A DNA stretch of 64,000 nt from Auanema rhodensis. Its lineage: Eukaryota > Animalia > Nematoda. The stretch is taken from NCBI GenBank assembly GCA_964057225.1, contig OZ059900.1:25916001-25980000 (forward strand), given 5' to 3'. How positions within the stretch are numbered: position 1 is the first letter of the stretch; each line of letters opens with the position of its first letter. The notes below the pieces were generated by a model. The model was not told the origin of the DNA, did no database searches, and saw only the letters and a program-made list of their open reading frames with translations. Below, one piece after another: positions 38,994 through 52,334 of the stretch. A program made the translations under genes and the position numbers.

Positions 38994-41900
38994 CTCATAT
39001 GAACAAAAATCGATTTAATCAATATTAGCCATAAGGGGCGTGCCCTCAGAATATGCTAATTTCCTTAATTTTCTAACCCCTGTTTTTTTGTCGTGAAAGT
39101 GGAACTAGACGTTGTACGAACAATTTTGAGCTAAGTTTCATTGACATTGCATGAGTTTGAACACATGAAATCGTAAGTCAAAACCTTGTTTACATCGAAA
39201 TTTCCAAAAACTGGTTTTCCAGCATAATAAAATATTTCTCATGAGAAATACTGTGTTTTTGTATTTTTTCAATGTTCAGCATGTAAAATGCTTCATTTTG
39301 ATATGTAAAACGCTGAAATTCGTTGCATTTGACGACTCATATGAACAAAAATCGATTTTATCAATATTAGCCATAAGGGGCGTGCCCTCAGAATATGCTA
39401 ATTTCCTTAATTTTCTAACCCCTGTTTTTTTGTCGTGAAAGTGGAACTAGACGTTGTACGAACAATTTTGAGCTAGGTTTCATTGACATTGCATGAGTTT
39501 GAACACATGAAATCGTAAGTCAAAACCTTGTTTACAGCAAAATTTCCAAAAACTGGTATTCCAGCATAATAAAATATTTCTCATGGGAAATACAGTGTTT
39601 TTGTATTTTTTTAGTGTTCAGCATGTAAAATGCTTTATTTTAATATGTAACACGCTGAAATTCGTTGCATTTGACGACTCATATGAACAAAAATCGATTT
39701 AATCAATATTAGCCATAAGGGGCGTGCCCTCAGAATATGCTAATTTCCTTAATTTTCTAACCCCTGTTTTTTTGTCGTGAAAGTGGAACTAGACGTTGTA
39801 CGAACAATTTTGAGCTAAGTTTCATTTACATTGCATGAGTTTGAACACATGAAATCGTAAGTCAAAACCTTGTTTACATCGAAATTTCCAAAAACTGGTT
39901 TTCCAGCATAATAAAATATTTCTCATGAGAAATACTGTGTTTTTGTATTTTTTTAATGTTCAGCATGTAAAATGCTTCATTTTGATATGTAAAACGCTGA
40001 AATTCGTTGCATTTGACGACTCATATGAACAAAAATCGATTTTATCAATATTAGCCATAAGGGGCGTGCCCTCAGAATATGCTAATTTCCTTAATTTTCT
40101 AACCCCTGTTTTTTTGTCGTGAAAGTGGAACTAGACGTTGTACGAACAATTTTGAGCTAGGTTTCATTGACATTGCATGAGTTTGAACACATGAAATCGT
40201 AAGTCAAAACCTTGTTTACAGCGAAATTTCCAAAAACTGGTTTTCCAGCATAATACAATATTTCTCATGGGAAACAGTGTGTTTTTATATTTTTCTAGTG
40301 TTCAGCATGTAAAATGCTTCATTTTAGTATGTAACACGCTGAAATTCGTTGCATTTGACGACTCATATGAACAAAAATTGATTTAATCAATATTAGCCAT
40401 AAGGGGCGTGCCCTCAGAATATGCTAATTTCCTTAATTTTCTAACCCCTGTTTTTTTGTCGTGAAAGTGGAACTAGACGTTGTACGAACAATTTTGAGCC
40501 AGGTTTCATTGACATTGCATGAGTTTGAACACATGCAATCGTAAGTCAAAACCTTGTTTACAGCGAAATTTCCAAAAACTGGTTTTCCAGCATAATAAAA
40601 TATTTCTCATGGGAAAAACTGTGTTTTTGTATTTTTCTAGTGTTCAGCATGTAAAATGCTTTATTTTAATATGTAACACGCTGAAATTCGTTGCATTTGA
40701 CGACTCATATGAACAAAAATCGATTTAATCAATATTAGCCATAAGGGGCGTGCCCTCAGAATATGCTAATTTCCTTAATTTTCTAACCCCTGTTTTTTTG
40801 TCGTGAAAGTGGAACTAGACGTTGTACGAACAATTTTGAGCTAAGTTTCATTGACATTGCATGAGTTTGAACACATGAAATCGTAAGTCAAAACCTTGTT
40901 TACAGCGAAATTTCCAAAAACTGGTTTTCCAGCATAATAAAATATTTCTCATGAGAAATACTGTGTTTTTGTATTTTTTTAATGTTCAGCATGTAAAATG
41001 CTTTATTTTGATATGTAAAACGCTGAAATACGTTGCATTTGACGACTCATATGAACAAAAATCGATTTTATCAATATTAGCCATAAGGGGCGTGCCCTCA
41101 GAATATGCTAATTTCCTTAATTTTCTAACCCCTGTTTTTTTGTCGTGAAAGTGGAACTAGACGTTGTACGAACAATTTTGAGCTAGGTTTCATTGACATT
41201 GCATGAGTTTGAACACATGAAATCGTAAGTCAAAACCTTGTTTACAGCGAAATTTCCAAAAACTGGTTTTCCAGCATAATAAAATATTTCTCATGGGAAA
41301 TACTGTGTTTTTGTATTTTTTCAGTGTTCAGCATGTAAAATGCTTCATTTTAGTATGTAACACGCTGAAATTCGTTGCATTTGACGACTCATATGAACAA
41401 AAATCGATTTAATCAATATTAGCCATAAGGGGCGTGCCCTCAGAATATGCTAATTTCCTTAATTTTCTAACCCCTGTTTTTTTGTCGTGAAAGTGGAACT
41501 AGACGTTGTACGAACAATTTTGAGCTAGGTTTCATTGACATTGCATGAGTTTGAACACATGAAATCGTAAGTCAAAACCTTGTTTACAGCGAAATTTCCA
41601 AAAACTGGTTTTCCAGCATAATAAAATATTTCTCATGGGAAATACTGTGTTTTTGTATTTTTTTAGTGTTCAGCATGTGAAATGCGTCATTTTAGTATGT
41701 AAAACGCTGAAATTCGTCGCATTTGACGACTCATATGAACAAAAATCGATTTTATCAATATTAGCCATAAGGGGCGTGCCCTCAGAATATGCTAATTTCC
41801 TTAATTTTCTAACCCCTGTTTTTTTGTCGTGAAAGTGGAACTAGACGTTGTACGAACAATTTTGAGCTAGGTTTCATTGACATTGCATGAGTTTGAACAC

Positions 41901-44900
41901 ATGAAATCGTAAGTCAAAACCTTGTTTACAGCAAAATTTCCAAAAACTGGTTTTCCAGCATAATAAAATATTTCTCATGGGAAATACAGTGTTTTTGTAT
42001 TTTTTTAGTGTTCAGCATGTAAAATGCGTCATTTTAGTATGTAAAACGCTGAAATTCGTTGCATTTGACGACTCATATGAACAAAAATCGATTTTATCAA
42101 TATTAGCCATAAGGGGCGTGCCCTCAGAATATGCTAATTTCCTTAATTTTCTAACCCCTGTTTTTTTGTCGTGAAAGTGGAACTAGACGTTGTACGAACA
42201 ATTTTGAGCTAGGTTTCATTGACATTGCATGAGTTTGAACACATGAAATCGTAAGTCAAAACCTTGTTTACAGCGAAATTTCCAAAAACTGGTTTTCCAG
42301 CATAATAAAATATTTCTCATGAGAAATACTGTGTTTTTATATTTTTCTAGTGTTCAGCATGTAAAATGCTTCATTTTAGTATGTAACACGCTGAAATTCG
42401 TTGCATTTGACGACTCATATGAACAAAAATTGATTTAATCAATATTAGCCATAAGGGGCGTGCCCTCAGAATATGCTAATTTCCTTAATTTTCTAACCCC
42501 TGTTTTTTTGTCGTGAAAGTGGAACTAGACGTTGTACGAACAATTTTGAGCTAGGTTTCATTGACATTGCATGAGTTTGAACACATGCAATCGTAAGTCA
42601 AAACCTTGTTTACAGCGAAATTTCCAAAAACTGGTTTTCCAGCATAATAAAATATTTCTCATGGGAAAAACTGTGTTTTTGTATTTTTCTAGTGTTCAGC
42701 ATGTAAAATGCTTTATTTTAATATGTAACACGCTGAAATTCGTTGCATTTGACGACTCATATGAACAAAAATCGATTTAATCAATATTAGCCATAAGGGG
42801 CGTGCCCTCAGAATATGCTAATTTCCTTAATTTTCTAACCCCTGTTTTTTTGTCGTGAAAGTGGAACTAGACGTTGTACGAACAATTTTGAGCTAAGTTT
42901 CATTGACATTGCATGAGTTTGAACACATGAAATCGTAAGTCAAAACCTTGTTTACATCGAAATTTCCAAAAACTGGTTTTCCAGCATAATAAAATATTTC
43001 TCATGAGAAATACTGTGTTTTTGTATTTTTTCAATGTTCAGCATGTAAAATGCTTCATTTTGATATGTAAAACGCTGAAATTCGTTGCATTTGACGACTC
43101 ATATGAACAAAAATCGATTTTATCAATATTAGCCATAAGGGGCGTGCCCTCATAATATGCTAATTTCCTTAATTTTCTAACCCCTGTTTTTTTGTCGTGA
43201 AAGTGGAACTAGACGTTGTACGAACAATTTTGAGCTAGGTTTCATTGACATTGCATGAGTTTGAACACATGAAATCGTAAGTCAAAACCTTGTTTACAGC
43301 AAAATTTCCAAAAACTGGTATTCCAGCATAATAAAATATTTCTCATGGGAAATACAGTGTTTTTGTATTTTTTTAGTGTTCAGCATGTAAAATGCTTTAT
43401 TTTAATATGTAACACGCTGAAATTCGTTGCATTTGACGACTCATATGAACAAAAATCGATTTAATCAATATTAGCCATAAGGGGCGTGCCCTCAGAATAT
43501 GCTAATTTCCTTAATTTTCTAACCCCTGTTTTTTTGTCGTGAAAGTGGAACTAGACGTTGTACGAACAATTTTGAGCTAAGTTTCATTGACATTGCATGA
43601 GTTTGAACACATGAAATCGTAAGTCAAAACCTTGTTTACATCGAAATTTCCAAAAACTGGTTTTCCAGCATAATAAAATATTTCTCATGAGAAATACTGT
43701 GTTTTTGTATTTTTTTAATGTTCAGCATGTAAAATGCTTCATTTTGATATGTAAAACGCTGAAATTCGTTGCATTTGACGACTCATATGAACAAAAATCG
43801 ATTTTATCAATATTAGCCATAAGGGGCGTGCCCTCAGAATATGCTAATTTCCTTAATTTTCTAACCCCTGTTTTTTTGTCGTGAAAGTGGAACTAGACGT
43901 TGTACGAACAATTTTGAGCTAGGTTTCATTGACATTGCATGAGTTTGAACACATGAAATCGTAAGTCAAAACCTTGTTTACAGCGAAATTTCCAAAAACT
44001 GGTTTTCCAGCATAATACAATATTTCTCATGGGAAATAGTGTGTTTTTATATTTTTCTAGTGTTCAGCATGTAAAATGCTTCATTTTAGTATGTAACACG
44101 CTGAAATTCGTTGCATTTGACGACTCATATGAACAAAAATTGATTTAATCAATATTAGCCATAAGGGGCGTGCCCTCAGAATATGCTAATTTCCTTAATT
44201 TTCTAACCCCTGTTTTTTTGTCGTGAAAGTGGAACTAGACGTTGTACGAACAATTTTGAGCCAGGTTTCATTGACATTGCATGAGTTTGAACACATGCAA
44301 TCGTAAGTCAAAACCTTGTTTACAGCGAAATTTCCAAAAACTGGTTTTCCAGCATAATAAAATATTTCTCATGGGAAAAACTGTGTTTTTGTATTTTTCT
44401 AGTGTTCAGCATGTAAAATGCTTTATTTTAATATGTAACACGCTGAAATTCGTTGCATTTGACGACTCATATGAACAAAAATCGATTTAATCAATATTAG
44501 CCATAAGGGGCGTGCCCTCAGAATATGCTAATTTCCTTAATTTTCTAACCCCTGTTTTTTTGTCGTGAAAGTGGAACTAGACGTTGTACGAACAATTTTG
44601 AGCTAAGTTTCATTGACATTGCATGAGTTTGAACACATGAAATCGTAAGTCAAAACCTTGTTTACAGCGAAATTTCCAAAAACTGGTTTTCCAGCATAAT
44701 AAAATATTTCTCATGAGAAATACTGTGTTTTTGTATTTTTTTAATGTTCAGCATGTAAAATGCTTTATTTTGATATGTAAAACGCTGAAATTCGTTGCAT
44801 TTGACGACTCATATGAACAAAAATCGATTTTATCAATATTAGCCATAAGGGGCGTGCCCTCAGAATATGCTAATTTCCTTAATTTTCTAACCCCTGTTTT

Positions 44901-46517
44901 TTTGTCGTGAAAGTGGAACTAGACGTTGTACGAACAATTTTGAGCTAGGTTTCATTGACATTGCATGAGTTTGAACACATGAAATCGTAAGTCAAAACCT
45001 TGTTTACAGCGAAATTTCCAAAAACTGGTTTTCCAGCATAATAAAATATTTCTCATGGGAAATACTGTGTTTTTGTATTTTTTCAGTGTTCAGCATGTAA
45101 AATGCTTCATTTTAGTATGTAACACGCTGAAATTCGTTGCATTTGACGACTCATATGAACAAAAATCGATTTAATCAATATTAGCCATAAGGGGCGTGCC
45201 CTCAGAATATGCTAATTTCCTTAATTTTCTAACCCCTGTTTTTTTGTCGTGAAAGTGGAACTAGACGTTGTACGAACAATTTTGAGCTAGGTTTCATTGA
45301 CATTGCATGAGTTTGAACACATGAAATCGTAAGTCAAAACCTTGTTTACAGCGAAATTTCCAAAAACTGGTTTTCCAGCATAATAAAATATTTCTCATGG
45401 GAAATACTGTGTTTTTGTATTTTTTTAGTGTTCAGCATGTAAAATGCGTCATTTTAGTATGTAAAACGCTGAAATTCGTCGCATTTGACGACTCATATGA
45501 ACAAAAATCGATTTTATCAATATTAGCCATAAGGGGCGTGCCCTCAGAATATGCTAATTTCCTTAATTTTCTAACCCCTGTTTTTTTGTCGTGAAAGTGG
45601 AACTAGACGTTGTACGAACAATTTTGAGCTAGGTTTCATTGACATTGCATGAGTTTGAACACATGAAATCGTAAGTCAAAACCTTGTTTACAGCAAAATT
45701 TCCAAAAACTGGTTTTCCAGCATAATAAAATATTTCTCATGGGAAATACAGTGTTTTTGTATTTTTTTAGTGTTCAGCATGTAAAATGCGTCATTTTAGT
45801 ATGTAAAACGCTGAAATTCGTTGCATTTGACGACTCATATGAACAAAAATCGATTTTATCAATATTAGCCATAAGGGGCGTGCCCTCAGAATATGCTAAT
45901 TTCCTTAATTTTCTAACCCCTGTTTTTTTGTCGTGAAAGTGGAACTAGACGTTGTACGAACAATTTTGAGCTAGGTTTCATTGACATTGCATGAGTTTGA
46001 ACACATGAAATCGTAAGTCAAAACCTTGTTTACAGCGAAATTTCCAAAAACTGGTTTTCCAGCATAATAAAATATTTCTCATGAGAAATACTGTGTTTTT
46101 ATATTTTTCTAGTGTTCAGCATGTAAAATGCTTCATTTTAGTATGTAACACGCTGAAATTCGTTGCATTTGACGACTCATATGAACAAAAATTGATTTAA
46201 TCAATATTAGCCATAAGGGGCGTGCCCTCAGAATATGCTAATTTCCTTAATTTTCTAACCCCTGTTTTTTTGTCGTGAAAGTGGAACTAGACGTTGTACG
46301 AACAATTTTGAGCTAGGTTTCATTGACATTGCATGAGTTTGAACACATGCAATCGTAAGTCAAAACCTTGTTTACAGCGAAATTTCCAAAAACTGGTTTT
46401 CCAGCATAATAAAATATTTCTCATGGGAAAAACTGTGTTTTTGTATTTTTCTAGTGTTCAGCATGTAAAATGCTTTATTTTAATATGTAACACGCTGAAA
46501 TTCGTTGCATTTGACGA
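38994..46517. repeat. 11-mer HOR (3762 bp) x2
   Basis: ORFs 39925/43687, 40519/44281, 40951/44713, 41635/45397, 41977/45739 and 42571/46333. A private GAGCCAGG variant occurs at ~40500/44262. Confidence 0.93.
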
Positions 46518-48570
46518 CTCATATGAACAAAAATCGATTTAATCAATATTAGCCATAAGGGGCGTGCCCTCAGAATATGCTAATTTCCTTAATTTTCTAA
46601 CCCCTGTTTTTTTGTCGTGAAAGTGGAACTAGACGTTGTACGAACAATTTTGAGCTAAGTTTCATTGACATTGCATGAGTTTGAACACATGAAATCGTAA
46701 GTCAAAACCTTGTTTACAGCGAAATTTCCAAAAACTGGTTTTCCAGCATAATAAAATATTTCTCATGAGAAATACTGTGTTTTTGTATTTTTTTTAATGT
46801 TCAGCATGTAAAATGCTTCATTTTGATATGTAAAACGCTGAAATTCGTTGCATTTGACGACTCATATGAACAAAAATCGATTTTATCAATATTAGCCATA
46901 AGGGGCGTGCCCTCAGAATATGCTAATTTCCTTAATTTTCTAACCCCTGTTTTTTTGTCGTGAAAGTGGAACTAGACGTTGTACGAACAATTTTGAGCTA
47001 GGTTTCATTGACATTGCATGAGTTTGAACACATGAAATCGTAAGTCAAAACCTTGTTTACAGCGAAATTTCCAAAAACTGGTTTTCCAGCATAATAAAAT
47101 ATTTCTCATGGGAAATACTGTGTTTTTGTATTTTTTCAGTGTTCAGCATGTAAAATGCTTCATTTTAGTATGTAACACGCTGAAATTCGTTGCATTTGAC
47201 GACTCATATGAACAAAAATCGATTTAATCAATATTAGCCATAAGGGGCGTGCCCTCAGAATATGCTAATTTCCTTAATTTTCTAACCCCTGTTTTTTTGT
47301 CGTGAAAGTGGAACTAGACGTTGTACGAACAATTTTGAGCTAGGTTTCATTGACATTGCATGAGTTTGAACACATGAAATCGTAAGTCAAAACCTTGTTT
47401 ACAGCGAAATTTCCAAAAACTGGTTTTCCAGCATAATAAAATATTTCTCATGGGAAATACTGTGTTTTTGTATTTTTTTAGTGTTCAGCATGTAAAATGC
47501 GTCATTTTAGTATGTAAAACGCTGAAATTCGTTGCATTTGACGACTCATATGAACAAAAATCGATTTAATCAATATTAGCCATAAGGGGCGTGCCCTCAG
47601 AATATGCTAATTTCCTTAATTTTCTAACCCCTGTTTTTTTGTCGTGAAAGTGGAACTAGACGTTGTACGAACAATTTTGAGCTAAGTTTCATTGACATTG
47701 CATGAGTTTGAACACATGAAATCGTAAGTCAAAACCTTGTTTACAGCGAAATTTCCAAAAACTGGTTTTCCAGCATAATAAAATATTTCTCATGAGAAAT
47801 ACTGTGTTTTTGTATTTTTTTTAATGTTCAGCATGTAAAATGCTTCATTTTGATATGTAAAACGCTGAAATTCGTTGCATTTGACGACTCATATGAACAA
47901 AAATCGATTTTATCAATATTAGCCATAAGGGGCGTGCCCTCAGAATATGCTAATTTCCTTAATTTTCTAACCCCTGTTTTTTTGTCGTGAAAGTGGAACT
48001 AGACGTTGTACGAACAATTTTGAGCTAGGTTTCATTGACATTGCATGAGTTTGAACACATGAAATCGTAAGTCAAAACCTTGTTTACAGCGAAATTTCCA
48101 AAAACTGGTTTTCCAGCATAATAAAATATTTCTCATGGGAAATACTGTGTTTTTGTATTTTTTCAGTGTTCAGCATGTAAAATGCTTCATTTTAGTATGT
48201 AACACGCTGAAATTCGTTGCATTTGACGACTCATATGAACAAAAATCGATTTAATCAATATTAGCCATAAGGGGCGTGCCCTCAGAATATGCTAATTTCC
48301 TTAATTTTCTAACCCCTGTTTTTTTGTCGTGAAAGTGGAACTAGACGTTGTACGAACAATTTTGAGCTAGGTTTCATTGACATTGCATGAGTTTGAACAC
48401 ATGAAATCGTAAGTCAAAACCTTGTTTACAGCGAAATTTCCAAAAACTGGTTTTCCAGCATAATAAAATATTTCTCATGGGAAATACTGTGTTTTTGTAT
48501 TTTTTTAGTGTTCAGCATGTAAAATGCGTCATTTTAGTATGTAAAACGCTGAAATTCGTTGCATTTGACG
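46518..48570. repeat. 3-mer HOR (1027 bp, includes a +T insertion) x2
   Basis: T8-AATG monomers at ~46790 and ~47817 are each followed by the same two monomer types. Confidence 0.82.
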
Positions 48571-51500
48571 ACTCATATGAACAAAAATCGATTTTATCAA
48601 TATTAGCCATAAGGGGCGTGCCCTCAGAATATGCTAATTTCCTTAATTTTCTAACCCCTGTTTTTTTGTCGTGAAAGTGGAACTAGACGTTGTACGAACA
48701 ATATTGAGCTAGGTTTCATTGACATTGCATGAGTTTGAACACATGAAATCGTAAGTCAAAACCTTGTTTACAGCAAAATTTCCAAAAACTGGTTTTCCAG
48801 CATAATAAAATATTTCTCATGGGAAATACAGTGTTTTTATATTTTTTTAGTGTTCAGCATGTAAAATGCTTTATTTTAATATGTAACACGCTGAAATTCG
48901 TTGCATTTGACGACTCATATGAACAAAAATCGATTTAATCAATATTAGCCATAAGGGGCGTGCCCTCAGAATATGCTAATTTCCTTAATTTTCTAACCCC
49001 TGTTTTTTTGTCGTGAAAGTGGAACTAGACGTTGTACGAACAATTTTGAGCTAAGTTTCATTGACATTGCATGAGTTTGAACACATGAAATCGTAAGTCA
49101 AAACCTTGTTTACATCGAAATTTCCAAAAACTGGTTTTCCAGCATAATAAAATATTTCTCATGAGAAATACTGTGTTTTTGTATTTTTTCAATGTTCAGC
49201 ATGTAAAATGCTTCATTTTGATATGTAAAACGCTGAAATTCGTTGCATTTGACGACTCATATGAACAAAAATCGATTTTATCAATATTAGCCATAAGGGG
49301 CGTGCCCTCAGAATATGCTAATTTCCTTAATTTTCTAACCCCTGTTTTTTTGTCGTGAAAGTGGAACTAGACGTTGTACGAACAATTTTGAGCTAGGTTT
49401 CATTGACATTGCATGAGTTTGAACACATGAAATCGTAAGTCAAAACCTTGTTTACAGCAAAATTTCCAAAAACTGGTATTCCAGCATAATAAAATATTTC
49501 TCATGGGAAATACAGTGTTTTTGTATTTTTTTAGTGTTCAGCATGTAAAATGCTTTATTTTAATATGTAACACGCTGAAATTCGTTGCATTTGACGACTC
49601 ATATGAACAAAAATCGATTTAATCAATATTAGCCATAAGGGGCGTGCCCTCAGAATATGCTAATTTCCTTAATTTTCTAACCCCTGTTTTTTTGTCGTGA
49701 AAGTGGAACTAGACGTTGTACGAACAATTTTGAGCTAAGTTTCATTGACATTGCATGAGTTTGAACACATGAAATCGTAAGTCAAAACCTTGTTTACATC
49801 GAAATTTCCAAAAACTGGTTTTCCAGCATAATAAAATATTTCTCATGAGAAATACTGTGTTTTTGTATTTTTTTAATGTTCAGCATGTAAAATGCTTCAT
49901 TTTGATATGTAAAACGCTGAAATTCGTTGCATTTGACGACTCATATGAACAAAAATCGATTTTATCAATATTAGCCATAAGGGGCGTGCCCTCAGAATAT
50001 GCTAATTTCCTTAATTTTCTAACCCCTGTTTTTTTGTCGTGAAAGTGGAACTAGACGTTGTACGAACAATTTTGAGCTAGGTTTCATTGACATTGCATGA
50101 GTTTGAACACATGAAATCGTAAGTCAAAACCTTGTTTACAGCAAAATTTCCAAAAACTGGTTTTCCAGCATAATAAAATATTTCTCATGGGAAATACAGT
50201 GTTTTTGTATTTTTTTAGTGTTCAGCATGTAAAATGCGTCATTTTAGTATGTAAAACGCTGAAATTCGTTGCATTTGACGACTCATATGAACAAAAATCG
50301 ATTTTATCAATATTAGCCATAAGGGGCGTGCCCTCAGAATATGCTAATTTCCTTAATTTTCTAACCCCTGTTTTTTTGTCGTGAAAGTGGAACTAGACGT
50401 TGTACGAACAATTTTGAGCTAGGTTTCATTGACATTGCATGAGTTTGAACACATGAAATCGTAAGTCAAAACCTTGTTTACAGCGAAATTTCCAAAAACT
50501 GGTTTTCCAGCATAATAAAATATTTCTCATGAGAAATACTGTGTTTTTATATTTTTCTAGTGTTCAGCATGTAAAATGCTTCATTTTAGTATGTAACACG
50601 CTGAAATTCGTTGCATTTGACGACTCATATGAACAAAAATTGATTTAATCAATATTAGCCATAAGGGGCGTGCCCTCAGAATATGCTAATTTCCTTAATT
50701 TTCTAACCCCTGTTTTTTTGTCGTGAAAGTGGAACTAGACGTTGTACGAACAATTTTGAGCTAGGTTTCATTGACATTGCATGAGTTTGAACACATGCAA
50801 TCGTAAGTCAAAACCTTGTTTACAGCGAAATTTCCAAAAACTGGTTTTCCAGCATAATAAAATATTTCTCATGGGAAAAACTGTGTTTTTGTATTTTTCT
50901 AGTGTTCAGCATGTAAAATGCTTTATTTTAATATGTAACACGCTGAAATTCGTTGCATTTGACGACTCATATGAACAAAAATCGATTTAATCAATATTAG
51001 CCATAAGGGGCGTGCCCTCAGAATATGCTAATTTCCTTAATTTTCTAACCCCTGTTTTTTTGTCGTGAAAGTGGAACTAGACGTTGTACGAACAATTTTG
51101 AGCTAAGTTTCATTGACATTGCATGAGTTTGAACACATGAAATCGTAAGTCAAAACCTTGTTTACAGCGAAATTTCCAAAAACTGGTTTTCCAGCATAAT
51201 AAAATATTTATCATGAGAAATACTGTGTTTTTGTATTTTTTTTAATGTTCAGCATGTAAAATGCTTCATTTTGATATGTAAAACGCTGAAATTCGTTGCA
51301 TTTGACGACTCATATGAACAAAAATCGATTTTATCAATATTAGCCATAAGGGGCGTGCCCTCAGAATATGCTAATTTCCTTAATTTTCTAACCCCTGTTT
51401 TTTTGTCGTGAAAGTGGAACTAGACGTTGTACGAACAATTTTGAGCTAGGTTTCATTGACATTGCATGAGTTTGAACACATGAAATCGTAAGTCAAAACC

Positions 51501-52334
51501 TTGTTTACAGCGAAATTTCCAAAAACTGGTTTTCCAGCATAATAAAATATTTCTCATGGGAAATACTGTGTTTTCGTATTTTTTTAGTGTTCAGCATGTA
51601 AAATGCGTCATTTTAGTATGTAAAACGCTGAAATTCGTCGCATTTGACGACTCATATGAACAAAAATCGATTTTATCAATATTAGCCATAAGGGGCGTGC
51701 CCTCAGAATATGCTAATTTCCTTAATTTTCTAACCCCTGTTTTTTTGTCGTGAAAGTGGAACTAGACGTTGTACGAACAATTTTGAGCTAGGTTTCATTG
51801 ACATTGCATGAGTTTGAACACATGAAATCGTAAGTCAAAACCTTGTTTACAGCGAAGTTTCCAAAAACTGGTTTTCCAGCATAATAAAATATTTCTCATG
51901 GGAAATACTGTGTTTTTGTATTTTTTTAGTGTTCAGCATGTAAAATGCGTCATTTTAGTATGTAAAACGCTGAAATTCGTTGCATTTGACGACTCATATG
52001 AACAAAAATCGATTTTATCAATATTAGCCATAAGGGGCGTGCCCTCAGAATATGCTAATTTCCTTAATTTTCTAACCCCTGTTTTTTTGTCGTGAAAGTG
52101 AAACTAGACGTTGTACGAACAATATTGAGCTAGGTTTCATTGACATTGCATGAGTTTGAACACATGAAATCGTAAGTCAAAACCTTGTTTACAGCAAAAT
52201 TTCCAAAAACTGGTTTTCCAGCATAATAAAATATTTCTCATGGGAAATACAGTGTTTTTATATTTTTTTAGTGTTCAGCATGTAAAATGCTTTATTTTAA
52301 TATGTAACACGCTGAAATTCGTTGCATTTGACGA

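Larger units (their letters stand above)
21205..40400. repeat. Older ~28-mer (~9.6 kb) segmental duplication, later remodelled
   Basis: Offset is 9579 for 23162/32741, 23504/33083 and the AACAGG+CATTTAAAA monomer (~21794/31373). It shifts to 8210-10262 further along (24873/33083, 25900/34452, 27520/37782) as internal blocks are gained or lost. Confidence 0.75.
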